Positions 61,611 to 64,000 of a stretch of 64,000 nucleotides of DNA are shown here, piece by piece. Position 1 is the first letter of the stretch. The number at the start of each line of letters is the position of its first letter. This DNA comes from Stegostoma tigrinum (Eukaryota), in assembly GCF_030684315.1 (NCBI RefSeq), contig NC_081388.1:23419015-23483014 (forward strand). Reading direction: 5' to 3'. A program made the position numbers and the translations under genes. The notes beneath the pieces were generated by a model, which ran no database searches, was not told the DNA's origin, and saw only the letters and a list, made by a program, of their open reading frames with translations.

Positions 61611-62504
61611 CTGTGGGTACATATCACAGTAAATATCATGATTTAGAATTCATTAAGAATATAGGCCATTCTGAATAAACCTCTGCACAGGTTTACAGTT
61701 GAATAAATGAAAAAGGAGCAGGGGTAGTCCGCTGGGGCTCCTCAGTAACTTCATAGCTGACCCCATCACTTCACATTCCTGCCTATTCGCAATAAGCTTT
61801 CACTCCCTACCTTACCGAGAATCTATTCAGCTCTGCCTTAAACAAATTCAAACACCGTTTAGGAACAGAAAAGCAAAAGATTAATGACACTCTAAAAGAA
61901 AAACATTTCCCTCATCCCTCTCTTTAAAATGGATGATGCTTGATTTCTAAACAGTCATTGCTAGTTCTAGGTTCTTCAATAAGTGTGAAGGTCTTCCTCA
62001 CATTCACACCATAAAGACATCTCTGGAATTTATATGTCTCAGTTAAAGTACCTCTTATTCTTCCAAATCCCAGGAGATTCATGCCCGGCCAGTTCCACAT
62101 TTGCTCATTCCTGATTTTGATCTGATCAATGTTCTGTGAATTGTTTCAAACACATTGACATCCTTTCTTAAATAAAGGGACCAATCCTGTTCACTGTACT
62201 CCGGACACCAGTGCCCTTTAGAACTGAAACATAATCTTCCTACTTTTGTATTCAAGTTCCCCTGTGGTAAATGACAACAACCTACTCGCTTGCCCAATTA
62301 CTTTCTGTATCCACACATGAACCTTTTAAAATTCACTAGAATGCATCTGACAGTTCTGTAAATCTCTCACCATTTAGATAAACTTCTTATTTTTAACCTT
62401 GTCTGGGGCAATATACTCGAAATCAAGCCCCATTATTCCTGGATCTGCCACAAATGGTAAGTATTATTTAAAGTATGTAAAATTCCTGGATTTATTTTGG
62501 AGAT

Positions 62505-63110
62505 GGTAAGAACTGCCGACGCTCGAGAATCTGAGATAGAGCTGGAGGAACACAGCAGGCCAGGCAGCATCACAGGAGCAGGAAAGCTGATGTTTCGGGT
62601 CGAGACCATTCTTCAGAAATCGGGGAGGGGCAAGGGAGCTCTGAAATAAATAGGGAGAGGAGGGGTAGGGCTGGGGAAGGTAAGTGGGATGGCGATAGGT
62701 GAGTGCAGGTAGGGAAGGAAGAGTGTAGAATGAAGACAGGTTCACCTGCACATCAGATAACGTGGTTGCCTGCATCCGCTTCTCCTGATGTGGCCTCCTC
62801 TACATCGGTGAGACCAAGTGGAGGCTCGGAGGCTTTGTAGATGACAACATCTTCTGACTGTGAATCATTTTAACACCCCTCCTACATCCTGGGTGACATG
62901 TCCATCCTGGGCCTCCTCCTTGTCACAATGACATCACCCACAAACTGGAGGAGCAGCACCTCATATTCCACCTCGGGAGCTTACAGCCTGATGGCCTAAA
63001 CATGGAATTCACCCGTTTGGAAATCTCCCCAATCCTGGCCTCATCTCATGACCAACTCTCCCTCACCTCCTTGGCTGACACAATGTGTCCATCTTCTCTC
63101 CCACCTATCT
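62505..63110. mobile_element. Penelope-like remnants in inverted arrangement
   Basis: Minus-strand terminal repeat 62505-62730 abuts a plus-strand GIY-YIG remnant (ctctacatcggtgagacc = LYIGET). Confidence 0.8.
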
Positions 63111-63299
63111 GCCCCACTCCCCTCACTGACCAATCACCCTAATGCACTTTGTATGGTCTGATCTGCCTGTACTGCATGCAAAACAAAACTTTTCACTGTA
63201 CTAGGGACATGAGACAATAATAAATCAAATCAAAACATTCATAACTTATCCCCGTAGTCCAGGAATCATTCTAGAACCTACATTGTACTCTCCCCGAGG

Positions 63300-63800
63300 C
63301 CGATATAGACTTCCCAGGGTGCAGTGCTCAGGCTGCTCACAGCTCCATGTTCCTAAACGACGTTGGCTGATTACCTTGATAATATCTAATATAGTCATAA
63401 CTTCTTTATTAGTACCTTCCAATATTTTCCCTGTGACAGGTGTTAAAGTAACTGTCACGCTGTTGCCTGCTTTTTTTGCATTTGCTGTATTCCAATCTAA
63501 TGGGATCTTCCCTGAATCAGGGCAGTTTTCAAAAATTAAAACAAAAAAAAATCCAACAATCTCATTTGCTACATATTTTAAGACCCTGGGGTGAAGTCTA
63601 TCAGGACTTGGGTAGCTGTCAGCCATAGGTCCAACTATTTACTCAGTATCACTTCTCTGTTTCGCTCTCCATTCCATTTCTTCATTGTTCGCTGTTTCTC
63701 AGTGTTCATTGTAGACTCTATTGCAAAGACTCGTGTCAAATACTTCTTTTTATTCTCTATCTCTTTATTTCCCATTATTACTTCTCCACACCCACTTTCT
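63300..63800 (-). mobile_element. Old CR1 LINE RT-region fragment
   Basis: SPDRLHPRVLK...SGKIPLDWNTAN. Confidence 0.75.
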
Positions 63801-64000
63801 ATGGGTCCAAGACACACTTTCGGAGGAACGTGGAATCAGGAGTGGGCTATTCAGCTGATCAAACACTTCAATGCCTTTACCCACCTCATCCCCATGTGAC
63901 CGGTTAGCCACTTCTGTTTAGAAATCTCCTGGAAGATAGCAAATACAAAGATTGAACAGCCACAACCCTCTTGGATAGAGAATTCCAAAGATTTATAACC

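Overview
Eukaryotic genomic DNA. The repeat content (CR1 and RTE LINEs, Penelope-like elements, tRNA-derived SINEs) suggests a cartilaginous fish, probably a shark; this is inference. The window holds a minus-strand tandem cluster of ICAM/VCAM-like immunoglobulin-superfamily adhesion genes. Gene A has a signal exon at 17959-18028 and Ig exons at 12655-12930, 5693-6007, 4228-4521 and 3251-3538, and continues off the left edge. Pseudogene C has damaged exons at 35776-36060 and 26665-26977. Gene B has Ig exons at 61347-61610, 55465-55779 and 50839-51117 and a TM/cytoplasmic exon at 49751-49929; its signal exon was not found. There are three minisatellites (48, 15 and 24 bp units) and a 418-N gap. 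Main observations: (1) a young CR1 LINE whose intact ORF2 lacks an early AUG and lies in the -1 frame behind a U_UUA_AAC slippery heptamer plus stop at the end of the esterase ORF1, with the same heptamer plus stop kept in an older CR1 copy, suggesting programmed -1 frameshifting; (2) near-identical Ig domain 2 exons among paralogues whose domain 1 exons and introns are highly diverged; (3) an 85-bp fold-back palindrome that disrupts a pseudogene exon; (4) minimal hammerhead ribozyme cores in Penelope-like termini, one possibly in the gene B 3' UTR. Exon boundaries were read by eye from splice sites and phase; repeat boundaries are approximate.
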